IMG/VR virus record: IMGVR_UViG_3300027849_000009 | Direction: 5' to 3' (one strand) | DNA length: 64,000 nucleotides | From: a virus | Shown: positions 55,589-64,000 of the stretch, piece by piece | How the letters are laid out: each line of letters starts with the position of its first letter | Numbering within the stretch: position 1 is the first letter of the stretch | The notes under the pieces: generated by a model | The model's database searches: none | Seen by the model: the letters and a program-made list of their open reading frames with translations, nothing else | What the model was told of the DNA's origin: nothing | Position numbers and translations under genes: made by a program

Positions 55589-56485
55589 ATGTCATTCGCA
55601 AATCTAAAACGCAACCGTAACTCAATCTCCGATCTTGTCAGTGCCGCTGGTGCTGGTTCAGGCGGTGGTGGAGACGCAAAGAAATCCTATAAAGATGAAC
55701 GCCAGTGGAAACCAACTGTTGATAAAGCAGGCAATGGTTATGCTGTACTTCGTTTTCTCCCTGCTCCTGAAACATGTGAAACTCCTTGGGTTCGCTATTG
55801 GGATCACGGGTTCAAGGGTCCTACTGGTCAATGGTTCATCGAGAAATCTTTGACTTCTATTGGTCAACAAGATCCAGTATCAGAAGCAAACAGTATCCTA
55901 TGGAACACAGGTACTGATGATAACAAAGCAATTGTTCGTGAACGTAAGCGCCGTTTGCACTATGTATCAAACGTACTAGTGGTTAGTGATCCATCTAATC
56001 CTGCCAATGAAGGCAAAGTATTCATGTACACTTATGGTAAGAAAATCTTCGATAAGATCATGGATGTTATGCAACCACAGTTCGCTGATGAGAAACCAGT
56101 TAACCCATTCGACTTCTGGGAAGGTGCAGACTTTAAACTGAAGATTCGTCAAGTTGAAGGGTATCGTAACTATGATAAGTCCGAGTTCTCTTCGCCAGCA
56201 CCTCTAATGGGTGGTGATGATGATCAACTTGAGCAGTTATATGAAACTGTTTATGACTTAGGTGAGTTTGCTGATCCTGCTGCCTACAAGACATACGAAG
56301 AGTTATCTGCTCGTCTTGCTCTTGTTCTTGGTGAGCAAGCACCTCGCACTGTTGCACAGACTGTAGCATTAGATACTGTACAAGCACCAGCGCCTGTACG
56401 TGAAGCACCTGCTCCAGTTATGCCTAGTGCTGCCGAAGATGAAGATGACACTATGTCATACTTCGCTAAACTAGCGGCAGAATAA
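55589..56485 (+). CDS. gp32: Single-stranded DNA-binding protein gp32
   Basis: DKAGNGYAVLRFLP, HGFKGPTG.W.IE, GKKIFDKI, NYDKSEF, acidic tail. Confidence 0.97.
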   Translation: MSFANLKRNRNSISDLVSAAGAGSGGGGDAKKSYKDERQWKPTVDKAGNGYAVLRFLPAPETCETPWVRYWDHGFKGPTGQWFIEKSLTSIGQQDPVSEANSILWNTGTDDNKAIVRERKRRLHYVSNVLVVSDPSNPANEGKVFMYTYGKKIFDKIMDVMQPQFADEKPVNPFDFWEGADFKLKIRQVEGYRNYDKSEFSSPAPLMGGDDDQLEQLYETVYDLGEFADPAAYKTYEELSARLALVLGEQAPRTVAQTVALDTVQAPAPVREAPAPVMPSAAEDEDDTMSYFAKLAAE

Positions 56486-56518
56486 CGTCAACTTCATAAG
56501 ACGGTAGAGGATGAAACT

Positions 56519-56548
56519 AAGGGGACGCGAAAGCGTCCCTTTTTTATT
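56519..56548. terminator. Bidirectional intrinsic terminator
   Basis: AAGGGGACGC-GAAA-GCGTCCCTTTTTT between convergent genes. Confidence 0.9.
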
Positions 56549-57914
56549 AGAAGGAATACATGGAAGAAATATAACCGTTATTGTGAACAGGTGAAAGTGA
56601 TCTACTTTCTCTTCTACTTGTACCGTTAGATACATTGTTCTGAGTTGATGTAGGAGCATTAACATTATTTACATTAGTAATATTCACTGTAGCACCTTCG
56701 CCTGCTGTTACTGTTCCTTTAGCAATCGATCCCGTAACTTCTTCTCGCATAGATGATTTGCTTAATCTATCAGCAGTACTCTTTCTGTTAGCAGTTACAA
56801 TAGACTGGGTCAGAGTTTCTGGAGTCATCTCAGCAAGATTAGTTCTACCGCCCCTAGCACCACTCACTTTCTTCGCTACTGTATTACCATTTGCATCAGT
56901 ATCAACTTGCATAGTCTCTACTGTAGGCGCACTGCCTGTACCGCCACTCATCACATTGTTCCATTCTTTCATGAATGCTTGAGCAGGTGAATCACCGCCA
57001 GGAGCGATTGCCATTATAGCGGCAACTGCACCACGTGCGAATCCTTCTAGTACATTGAACATTGTATCAACAAGTTTACCGAATAAATCAGAGAAAGAGA
57101 ATGAGTCAAGTAACTTAGAGAAGTTGCCCAATCCTATCTTTTCCATCAACCATGATACACCATCTTTAAGTAAGTCAAGAGGAATCAAAACAATGTTTGC
57201 AATACCTTTCTGTATTCCTTTTGCAATAGCAAAAAACTTATCCAAAATATCAGCACCATCACCAAGACTAGTCAGTTCTTTAAAGATTGCCATTCCCACT
57301 TCGATTGCCGCAGTGAGTGGAAGAAATACTCTACCAAGTACTCTAAAGAACCCAAAGAACTTAGCGAATGTTGCACCGAATCCTTTAACGAATGTAACTA
57401 TAGGTTGAAAGAACCCTCCAATCTTAGCAAAGACTTTGCCTATAACGCCTCCTTTACCTAAGAATGCTCCGATACGACCGAAGAAATCAGTCATTGGTTT
57501 AAAGAAGGTGCCTACCTTTGCTACTGCTTTACCAATTGCTCCTTCGGCAGAGAAGATTGCTTTAAACTTAGCACCCCATGCAATGAACTTAGCACCTAGG
57601 TCTATCTTAAAGAATTTCAAACCTTTATTCAGTGCATCACCAATACCGGCGGCAAATCCCAGAACAGCGGCAGCGACACCAGCAACAAGAAACCCTAGAC
57701 CAAAGTCAAGACCCTTCACATCATCTTTTGGTTTAGTATCTTCGCTAGGCACAGTAGGAGCAGGTGGGGCGATTCTCTCGCGCATCATTTCCATCTCGTC
57801 CATCTTATTAGCAAACCAAAGCGTAATAAAATTATCGAGTCTACGATCAACCCGTTGAAGAGTTTCGTTGGTCTGCATCTGTTCTAGTACTACGTCATCC
57901 AGTGTTTGTGCCAT
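56547..57914 (-). CDS. Tail tape-measure-like / baseplate hub protein (gp29-like)
   Basis: Long G/A/F-rich amphipathic repeats; lies directly downstream of gp26/gp51. Confidence 0.6.
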   Translation of the reverse strand: MAQTLDDVVLEQMQTNETLQRVDRRLDNFITLWFANKMDEMEMMRERIAPPAPTVPSEDTKPKDDVKGLDFGLGFLVAGVAAAVLGFAAGIGDALNKGLKFFKIDLGAKFIAWGAKFKAIFSAEGAIGKAVAKVGTFFKPMTDFFGRIGAFLGKGGVIGKVFAKIGGFFQPIVTFVKGFGATFAKFFGFFRVLGRVFLPLTAAIEVGMAIFKELTSLGDGADILDKFFAIAKGIQKGIANIVLIPLDLLKDGVSWLMEKIGLGNFSKLLDSFSFSDLFGKLVDTMFNVLEGFARGAVAAIMAIAPGGDSPAQAFMKEWNNVMSGGTGSAPTVETMQVDTDANGNTVAKKVSGARGGRTNLAEMTPETLTQSIVTANRKSTADRLSKSSMREEVTGSIAKGTVTAGEGATVNITNVNNVNAPTSTQNNVSNGTSRRESRSLSPVHNNGYISSMYSF

Positions 57915-58095
57915 TACTTTCTCTCTCTTGTTTCTCTTCTTCTAAAGTTTGCATTAACAGTATCAAGTGTACCTCTCTCTCCCATGGCATCATAAACTCT
58001 AACTCTGTTAATGAATACTTATGATACCTGGATAGCAAAAAATTAGTCTTAAAATGATTTGCTAGATTGTCGTGAGACAGGCATACTAGAAAAAA
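57895..58095 (-). CDS. gp51: gp51-like baseplate hub assembly segment, probably reached by -1 frameshift
   Basis: LSHDNL..HFKTNF....HKYSLTELE.MMPWERE.HL..L; no suitable in-frame start; T TTT TTC at 58095-58089. Confidence 0.75.
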   Translation of the reverse strand, partial: FFLVCLSHDNLANHFKTNFLLSRYHKYSLTELEFMMPWEREVHLILLMQTLEEEKQERESNGTNTG

Positions 58096-58781
58096 CTCTG
58101 CATTCCCTCCAGTACAACATTATTATGTGTACCACATTTTTCACAGTCAAACTTAACTTCATGTTTAACTGAAGGCATATCTTTTAAATACGTTGACACT
58201 TTCTCGAATTGCTGTTGTGTCATCGAATCAATAAATCCATCAATACTCTCTTTCGATTCGTCTGCCATTACGATTCGTTCTTCTTGAGTGATAAGAGTCT
58301 TCATACATTTACCAAGAACACTGAATCCTGCCTGTGCTTCATCTTCAGTGAAGTCAACCATAGCATAACTCGGGTAAATCATCTCGATAGATATATCATC
58401 ACTTAATTTTATGATGTTACTCTTCTTACCAACCTTACATTGAATCTCACCAATATCAACTAACTGTTCATTGTCATGGTCACACTCTTCGCAAGCAATG
58501 TTTAATGTTACAACTTCACCAACAGACTTTGATCGGATCTGAAGAAACATGTATTCAATATCGAATGTTGTTAATTCATTTCGTTTAATACTGTTACCGT
58601 CAAGACACGCCATAACTGTATCAAGCACTGCATTCATTATCTGACTAAGGTCTTTCGACTCAGATGCCATTAGTAAAATCTTTTCTTCTTTGACTAAGTA
58701 AGGTCTAAACTTCACTTTCTTCTTCAACGATGGAACTGTCAACTCATATTTGGGTGTATCATTTAACGATGGTAATGCCAT
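58086..58781 (-). CDS. gp26: Baseplate hub assembly protein gp26
   Basis: MALP...P.Y, FRPYLVKEEK.LL, FD.EY.FL.IR.KSVGE, CxxC pairs, ends SFF. Confidence 0.9.
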   Translation of the reverse strand: MALPSLNDTPKYELTVPSLKKKVKFRPYLVKEEKILLMASESKDLSQIMNAVLDTVMACLDGNSIKRNELTTFDIEYMFLQIRSKSVGEVVTLNIACEECDHDNEQLVDIGEIQCKVGKKSNIIKLSDDISIEMIYPSYAMVDFTEDEAQAGFSVLGKCMKTLITQEERIVMADESKESIDGFIDSMTQQQFEKVSTYLKDMPSVKHEVKFDCEKCGTHNNVVLEGMQSFF

Positions 58782-58814
58782 TATTTAACTTCCTCAATAA
58801 TTTAATTTAGTGCT

Positions 58815-59189
58815 TTATTTATTTCTGTAATCTGCGATAGCAGACTTGATTGCGTCTTCTGCTAGGACGGAACAATGTATCTTAACAGGAGGTAATGCTA
58901 ACTCTTCTGCCAGTTCTGTATTCTTGATTGTGTTTGCTTTATCCAAGGACTGACCAATGACCCATTCAGTAAGCAGACTACTAGAAGCAATAGCAGAACC
59001 ACAACCATAGGTTTTAAATTTAGCATCTTCTATTATTCCTTCTTCGCTTACTCTTATCTGTAGTCTCATAACATCACCACACGCAGGAGCACCTACCATA
59101 CCAGTGCCCACGTTCTTGTCATGTTCGTCCATCTTTCCCACGTTTCGGGGATTCTCGTAATGGTCTAGTAACTTCTCACTGTATGCCAT
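58815..59189 (-). CDS. iscU: Fe-S cluster scaffold IscU
   Basis: HYENPRNVG, GAPACGDVM, GCGSAIASSS, LPPVKIHC. Confidence 0.97.
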   Translation of the reverse strand: MAYSEKLLDHYENPRNVGKMDEHDKNVGTGMVGAPACGDVMRLQIRVSEEGIIEDAKFKTYGCGSAIASSSLLTEWVIGQSLDKANTIKNTELAEELALPPVKIHCSVLAEDAIKSAIADYRNK

Positions 59190-59191
59190 AT

Positions 59192-59923
59192 TTAAGTTAG
59201 TGCTTTGAATATTTTGTTTGTTACTTTACTTGCCGCATTTGTTGATGCCGCACCAGTTGCTGTGATTCCTAACTTGCCCTTATCAGCAGGTTCCAAATAT
59301 TCACCGCGCCATGCTTTATATGAGAACTCTACAGTGAACTGACTGATTTCGTTCTGCGATGCATCCGTAAATGTCTCGTACTGTATTGACTTAGGAAATG
59401 CACGATCTAGTAACCAATGATAGTTTGCTGAACCGCTTGTGCCCGCATCTACATCAAGATCAAGATTAAGTGAGATAGGACCAATATTAATATCTTTACT
59501 GATATTGAATAGAGGTGTCGTGAATCCCTTTTCTAGTTGATAGATGTGAACTGGATTACAGTATGTGTCTGCATATCCAGCAACGTATCTTCCTTCGCCC
59601 GCATCACCGACACGCCTAATAATACTGTCCATCCAACTCTCAAAGTATCGCCGCGTTCCCTGATCGTTCATTACTCTGAATGTCATACTGACTTCTGGAT
59701 TGTTAAACCCATATGCTACTTGCTGTATATCAGCACCAATCTCTCGCGCAACTGTACTAATCTGTCGTGATGGAAGTGTAACACTAGTACACATAAAGGA
59801 CATATCTTTGGGCGACTGATCACCTATACGCGGCAAAAGAACGTGATACAAGTTGGGTCTTGCCGCACCTCCTTTAGCACCAAATACACTTTTAAATTCG
59901 TCTACGCTACCTGGTCTAAACAT
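59192..59923 (-). CDS. gp54: Baseplate-tail tube initiator (gp54-like, tail tube fold)
   Basis: ARPN.Y.V, C..V.LP, F..W...I, AFP, F.V.F.Y. Confidence 0.7.
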   Translation of the reverse strand: MFRPGSVDEFKSVFGAKGGAARPNLYHVLLPRIGDQSPKDMSFMCTSVTLPSRQISTVAREIGADIQQVAYGFNNPEVSMTFRVMNDQGTRRYFESWMDSIIRRVGDAGEGRYVAGYADTYCNPVHIYQLEKGFTTPLFNISKDINIGPISLNLDLDVDAGTSGSANYHWLLDRAFPKSIQYETFTDASQNEISQFTVEFSYKAWRGEYLEPADKGKLGITATGAASTNAASKVTNKIFKALT

Positions 59924-60522
59924 TAGATCATACCTCGTGAATCTTTATATACTTGACCCTTGTTGCCCTGGAATTGTGCAGTGGGTAAGAAAGTCGCAAT
60001 CTCCCATTCAGGAGGTGGCACGTATGCCATACGACCTTCAATCTGAGATGTTAAGTAATGCTTGAAACAAGGTTTAAAGAATCTCATCTTCGCACTTCGC
60101 TGTAGCATAGAATATCTAGTCTGAAACTTTGTGGTTTCATCGAATGCTTTATTGTTTGTAACTTTCATTAACTCATCCAGAAATCTTGCTCTTAATGCAA
60201 TAGGTAAGTAATGAAGATTCAAACCATAGAACCCGCCCTTTGCAGGACCAACAATGATTACTAGAGGAAACGCATCCCAGTATGGAAGTGTTGCTCTGTT
60301 CTTAGCATCATAGAAGTACATGTACATATCGCCAATGCCGGTCTTCTGCTTCGCAACATTAGGACCTCGCTGTTCTAGTTCTTCTTCGCGCATTAACGCC
60401 CGCCGATTAAGACCGCGCATATTCTGCACCTTGCGTCTAAACCAGTTCTGCGATTCTTTAGTGCGAGGAGTAATACCTGCACGAAACGCTTCTGCTTCTA
60501 CTTTTTTAAATATTTCACTCAT
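59923..60522 (-). CDS. gp2: DNA end protector gp2
   Basis: YDAK....LPYWD.FPL, GLNLHYLP, PC.K.YL, W..A..LP. Confidence 0.92.
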   Translation of the reverse strand: MSEIFKKVEAEAFRAGITPRTKESQNWFRRKVQNMRGLNRRALMREEELEQRGPNVAKQKTGIGDMYMYFYDAKNRATLPYWDAFPLVIIVGPAKGGFYGLNLHYLPIALRARFLDELMKVTNNKAFDETTKFQTRYSMLQRSAKMRFFKPCFKHYLTSQIEGRMAYVPPPEWEIATFLPTAQFQGNKGQVYKDSRGMI

Positions 60523-60526
60523 GGTT

Positions 60527-61042
60527 CTATTTAGTCTTTTTCCTAGAGTATGGTTTCATTTTCTTTAAAGGTTTAATACTTTTCTTTGGTTTTGCTTTCT
60601 GAGTTGACTTAGGCATAATACCCATTGCAGTCAATTCATTCTCAGTCCATATAACAAAGTCCCAACCATTATCCTTAGCATATGCTGATGCCGCTTTCCA
60701 TTTGTTCTGATTCTTTATGTAAGTCAAACCTTCGTTGATGTATCTCTTTGTCTTACGAGAACCTGTAGGTGGTGATAGTTCTTTGTGTGGTTTGATCTCG
60801 ACCAGAACAGTCTTGCCATTCTTGTATGTCAACTTCAAGTCCATAAAGTATCGATGATACCTCATATCAACCTCATAGAGATACGGTATTACTGTCTCTT
60901 CGCTTGACCAGTACTTAATGTCAGAGTTATCGTCTGCCCACATGAAAGCATATTTCTCCCATAGAGAACGATAAACGACCTTATTGTAATCCCCTCTGTA
61001 CTTTTCGGGGTGTTTAACTTTATATCTTCCAGAATACGCCAT
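60527..61042 (-). CDS. gp4: Head completion nuclease gp4
   Basis: KY.GD...V.YRS.WE, WSSEE..IPY, HRYF.D, EIKP, N..KW.AA. Confidence 0.93.
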   Translation of the reverse strand: MAYSGRYKVKHPEKYRGDYNKVVYRSLWEKYAFMWADDNSDIKYWSSEETVIPYLYEVDMRYHRYFMDLKLTYKNGKTVLVEIKPHKELSPPTGSRKTKRYINEGLTYIKNQNKWKAASAYAKDNGWDFVIWTENELTAMGIMPKSTQKAKPKKSIKPLKKMKPYSRKKTK

Positions 61043-61051
61043 AAATATACT

Positions 61052-61082
61052 TATAAATAACCTCATAGAAACTCTATTTAGT
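61052..61082. promoter_or_regulatory. Overlapping divergent late promoters
   Basis: TATAAATA on + (61052-61059) and ACTAAATA on - (61075-61082). Confidence 0.7.
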
Positions 61083-61093
61083 AGGTAAATAAA

Positions 61094-62359
61094 ATGGCAA
61101 AAACATCACGTGGCGAACTAAAGCAACAACAGCGAAAAGCGCAAGAAAATTTCCGCGCTGAAATTGCTAAGTCTGAGAACAGACCTGATCCCACTACTAC
61201 GCAAGAGGCATATGAGAAAACTCAACCAGTTGCTCAAGTAAAGACCGAGGTTATTCATGAAGAAGTTATCACCGAAACTCTCGCAGAAAATCCTTCGCAG
61301 TTCGAAGAAAATAAGAAGCGTAATTTTAGATACCCTCTATCAATGCCCGCATCAGGAAAAGGTTATCCCGGAACTATTACATTTGAAGCACACATAGTTG
61401 AAGGTGTTGATCTTGCCAAAGAAATGTCTGGCATATATAATCGACTTACTAGAAAGAAGGAAGTGGTTGAAGATGAAAGCGAGGCAGATGAAGAAAACAA
61501 ACAGTCCATTATAGAGTCCAACAAAACAGCGAATAGCAAAAACAATGCAGAAGAAGCAGGACTACGGAACGACATCACTAAAGTGGCAAATTCAGTAAGC
61601 AAGACTTTTGAAAATGTTAATGCCCTCAATTCAGTCGGCAGTGTTATATTGCCACTGCAACGTGACTTACGATTCTCGGACAACGTATCATATGAAAGTC
61701 CTGCTATCGGTATGATGGGTGCTGGACTAGAAGGCGCGATAGGCGGTAAGAATCCATTTGATGGTGCTACTAACGGTGACGGTTCATTTACTACTGCCTC
61801 TTCAGCACTTGCCGCACAAGCAATTGCAAAAGCATCGGGTCTTGGAGTTGGCGCACTAATTGGTAAAATAGCAGGCGGTGCTTTAGGTGGTGCTGTACTT
61901 GGTTCTGGCGCTACAGAAGGACTAGGCGATGCTGTCAAGAGTGCTACACGAATTGCATCTGCTCCTAATCAAAGAACTCTATTCAAAGAAGTACAGATTC
62001 GACAGTTTGCTTTCACGTTTAAGTTGATCGCTAACAGTAGTCGTGAGGCAGAAGAGATTAAGAATATCATCAAATTCTTCAGACAGGAATTGTATCCTGA
62101 GATGTTGACTGTTGGTGATAACAAAGTTCCTATCGCATACAAGTTTCCTAATGTGTTTTCGATAAAGGTTAAGAATCAGTTTGGTGGCGATGCTGCCTCA
62201 AAGATACAAAGATGTTATTTACGAGATGTTCAGACATCATACAATGCTACCGGTAACGGTCTCCTAGAAGATGGTAATTTCATCGAAGTGGACATATCGT
62301 TATCGTTTCAAGAAGTTAAAGCACTTGATAAACAAATGGTTGCACTAGAGGATTATTAA
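61094..62359 (+). CDS. gp48: Baseplate tail-tube cap gp48
   Basis: RYP, PN...LF..V..R.F.F.FKL, E...I..II.FF, ..L.F.E. Confidence 0.85.
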   Translation: MAKTSRGELKQQQRKAQENFRAEIAKSENRPDPTTTQEAYEKTQPVAQVKTEVIHEEVITETLAENPSQFEENKKRNFRYPLSMPASGKGYPGTITFEAHIVEGVDLAKEMSGIYNRLTRKKEVVEDESEADEENKQSIIESNKTANSKNNAEEAGLRNDITKVANSVSKTFENVNALNSVGSVILPLQRDLRFSDNVSYESPAIGMMGAGLEGAIGGKNPFDGATNGDGSFTTASSALAAQAIAKASGLGVGALIGKIAGGALGGAVLGSGATEGLGDAVKSATRIASAPNQRTLFKEVQIRQFAFTFKLIANSSREAEEIKNIIKFFRQELYPEMLTVGDNKVPIAYKFPNVFSIKVKNQFGGDAASKIQRCYLRDVQTSYNATGNGLLEDGNFIEVDISLSFQEVKALDKQMVALEDY

Positions 62360-63156
62360 TGTCAAACTATTTTGAAAACTTTCCTAGAAATCTCTATCGT
62401 TTTGGCAACGGTGAGGATCCCGTTTACTTTCAACGACTGAGTAAGTACGTTGATTTGATTGACCAGGTAAGAGATGATGTTGGAGGATACCTAGAGTACG
62501 AGATTCTTGAAGGTGATCGACCCGACACACTAGCACATCGTCTTTACGGTAAGGGCGAGTACGAGTGGACATTCTTCTCAATGAATGAGCGTCTACGTGA
62601 GACTGGTTGGCCAATGAGACTTCAAGATGTGTACGAGTATGCACAGACTAAAGCATATAAGAATTACACTTGTAATATCAATCTTGAAGTTGATTCTGCT
62701 TCGCTTGTTCTTTATGGTGATTCCGTATCAGGACAACAGATGTTACTTTCTGGTATTGCACCGCTATATGATGTTGGTCAAGCAGTAATACTTGGACAAC
62801 AACAAGGCATAGTTACTGCTAAGAACTTAGCGGTTGGCGAGATAACAGTTAGAATTGATAGTGCTGTTGGTAATCCCACAAGTCCTCTGAACCAAACTTA
62901 CTTGTCATATGGTGATGGCACATCTAATGTACTATCATTAACATCTTCTAAGTACGAGTACGAAGGAACACATCACTTCATAGACTCTGCAGGAGATGAG
63001 ATAGATTATTTTTACAGCAATGCGGCGGGTAAAATACCAGTAACTAATCTGGAATATTTAATTGCACAGAATCAAGAGTCGAGAAAAATACGTGTTATCA
63101 AGAAACAATTCATCGACAAGATTGTAGGCGAACACAAACGTCTAACATCGAGATAA
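62359..63156 (+). CDS. gp53: Baseplate wedge subunit gp53
   Basis: YF..FP...Y, G.RPD.LA..LYG, WP, TN.EY....N.ESR.I.V. Confidence 0.88.
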   Translation: MSNYFENFPRNLYRFGNGEDPVYFQRLSKYVDLIDQVRDDVGGYLEYEILEGDRPDTLAHRLYGKGEYEWTFFSMNERLRETGWPMRLQDVYEYAQTKAYKNYTCNINLEVDSASLVLYGDSVSGQQMLLSGIAPLYDVGQAVILGQQQGIVTAKNLAVGEITVRIDSAVGNPTSPLNQTYLSYGDGTSNVLSLTSSKYEYEGTHHFIDSAGDEIDYFYSNAAGKIPVTNLEYLIAQNQESRKIRVIKKQFIDKIVGEHKRLTSR

Positions 63157-63159
63157 TTT

Positions 63160-64000
63160 ATGGCAGAAAATAACTCACAGTATAGTATTCTTGAGGCAGC
63201 AATAATCTCTTCATCTGCAACTAGTGAAGACAATATGGTTGACATCAAGAGCAACGTAATAGAACTTCAATTCTGGGAGCATATAGGCAAACCCTATATC
63301 GATGCAAGGATTGTGTTCATCGATGATATGGGTTTGAAGGAAGCATTAGGCATTCAGGGTACAGAACGTATTCGTATTGTTATAGGTGATGCACAACATC
63401 CCGAAGAACCAGCAATTATCAAATACTTCTACTTTGCTAACATAGCAGAGACAGAGCGATTGAACGAAAGAAGTGAAATGCTATCGGTCAATCTTGTTGA
63501 AGAACACGTATATGTGGATGCTGTTAAACAGTTTAGTAGGTCATACACTGCCAATCTCGAAGACATCATAGAGAGTATATGCAATCGTGATTTAGGTAAA
63601 GGTGTTGAGAGATGGCGATTTAAGGGATCTGTACAGGGTCAACGAAAGATTATTGTTCCTTACATGAGTCCTATTGCCGCGATACAATGGTTAAAGATTA
63701 GAGCAACGACAAAGATTGGTTCACCTATATATCTCTACTCAAGTTTATATCAAGATGAATTGGTCATGTCTGACTTAGATAATCTTTTAAGCGAAGACGT
63801 TATCAACGGTGATATGCCATTCAGATACTCAAAGGCACTTCAGGCAAGCGATGATCCTAGACGTAACCTATACGAGATTATAGAATTTAACGAGACTGGG
63901 GGTGACAACTCACTATCATTATATGAATCTGGTGCTATCGGTTCACTCTATTCTAATCTGGATGCTGGTACAGGCAACTCGGTTGATGACCACATGACTA
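63160..64000 (+). CDS. Baseplate hub protein (gp27-like), 3'-truncated
   Basis: ORF open to the window end; E.I..P...A.I...D...G.E.I.I pattern; follows gp53. Confidence 0.65.
   Translation, partial: MAENNSQYSILEAAIISSSATSEDNMVDIKSNVIELQFWEHIGKPYIDARIVFIDDMGLKEALGIQGTERIRIVIGDAQHPEEPAIIKYFYFANIAETERLNERSEMLSVNLVEEHVYVDAVKQFSRSYTANLEDIIESICNRDLGKGVERWRFKGSVQGQRKIIVPYMSPIAAIQWLKIRATTKIGSPIYLYSSLYQDELVMSDLDNLLSEDVINGDMPFRYSKALQASDDPRRNLYEIIEFNETGGDNSLSLYESGAIGSLYSNLDAGTGNSVDDHMT

Noticed and set aside
214-56465. Many minus-strand ORFs in the track (e.g. 15862-16317, 27057-27461, 34375-34806, 37052-37588, 49829-50341)
   Set aside because: They are antisense shadows of well-supported plus-strand genes, with no SD or recognisable motifs.
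56758-61938. ORFs 56758-56982, 57055-57408, 57436-57858 (+) and 61363-61938 (-)
   Set aside because: They lie opposite Gly/Ala-rich structural genes, where stop-free antisense frames are expected.
1-64000. tRNA genes or stop-codon reassignment
   Set aside because: No cloverleaf was recognised in the intergenic gaps, and conserved genes are intact under the standard code with all three stops in use.

Overview
A 64 kb piece of a large T4-like myovirus genome, probably marine and probably infecting a proteobacterium (a gammaproteobacterium is inferred from sigma70 promoters, IscA/IscU, spanins and CsrA-like motifs). 1-17 kb: early/accessory genes under repeated sigma70 promoter cassettes, a spanin pair, and a late cluster of secreted proteins with pilin-like and chaperone-like members (4.6-8.3 kb). 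17-27 kb: late genes whose products start with T4 capsid-targeting-like sequences, including a modular polyprotein. 27-35 kb: nrdA (glutaredoxin-fused), nrdB and two carbamoyltransferases. 36-51 kb: phoH, lysozyme, a glycosyltransferase/radical-SAM/methyltransferase island, two TAGT/GREB1-like glycosyltransferases, heme oxygenase and a bilin reductase. 52-56 kb: thyX, a DenV-like gene, gp33, gp32. 56-64 kb: tail/baseplate genes (tape measure-like, gp51/gp26, iscU, gp54, gp2, gp4, gp48, gp53, hub). Highlights: a phage-encoded usher-less pilus-like secretion cluster; a set of capsid-targeted enzymes plus a repeat-delimited polyprotein; a probable -1 frameshift joining gp26 and gp51; near-total RGCY avoidance; an overprinted histone-like ORF; helically phased operators; CsrA-type hairpins and a 14-nt anti-16S element. 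No tRNA, rRNA, CRISPR array or intron was recognised. All functional calls come from motif recognition by eye; no database searches were run.
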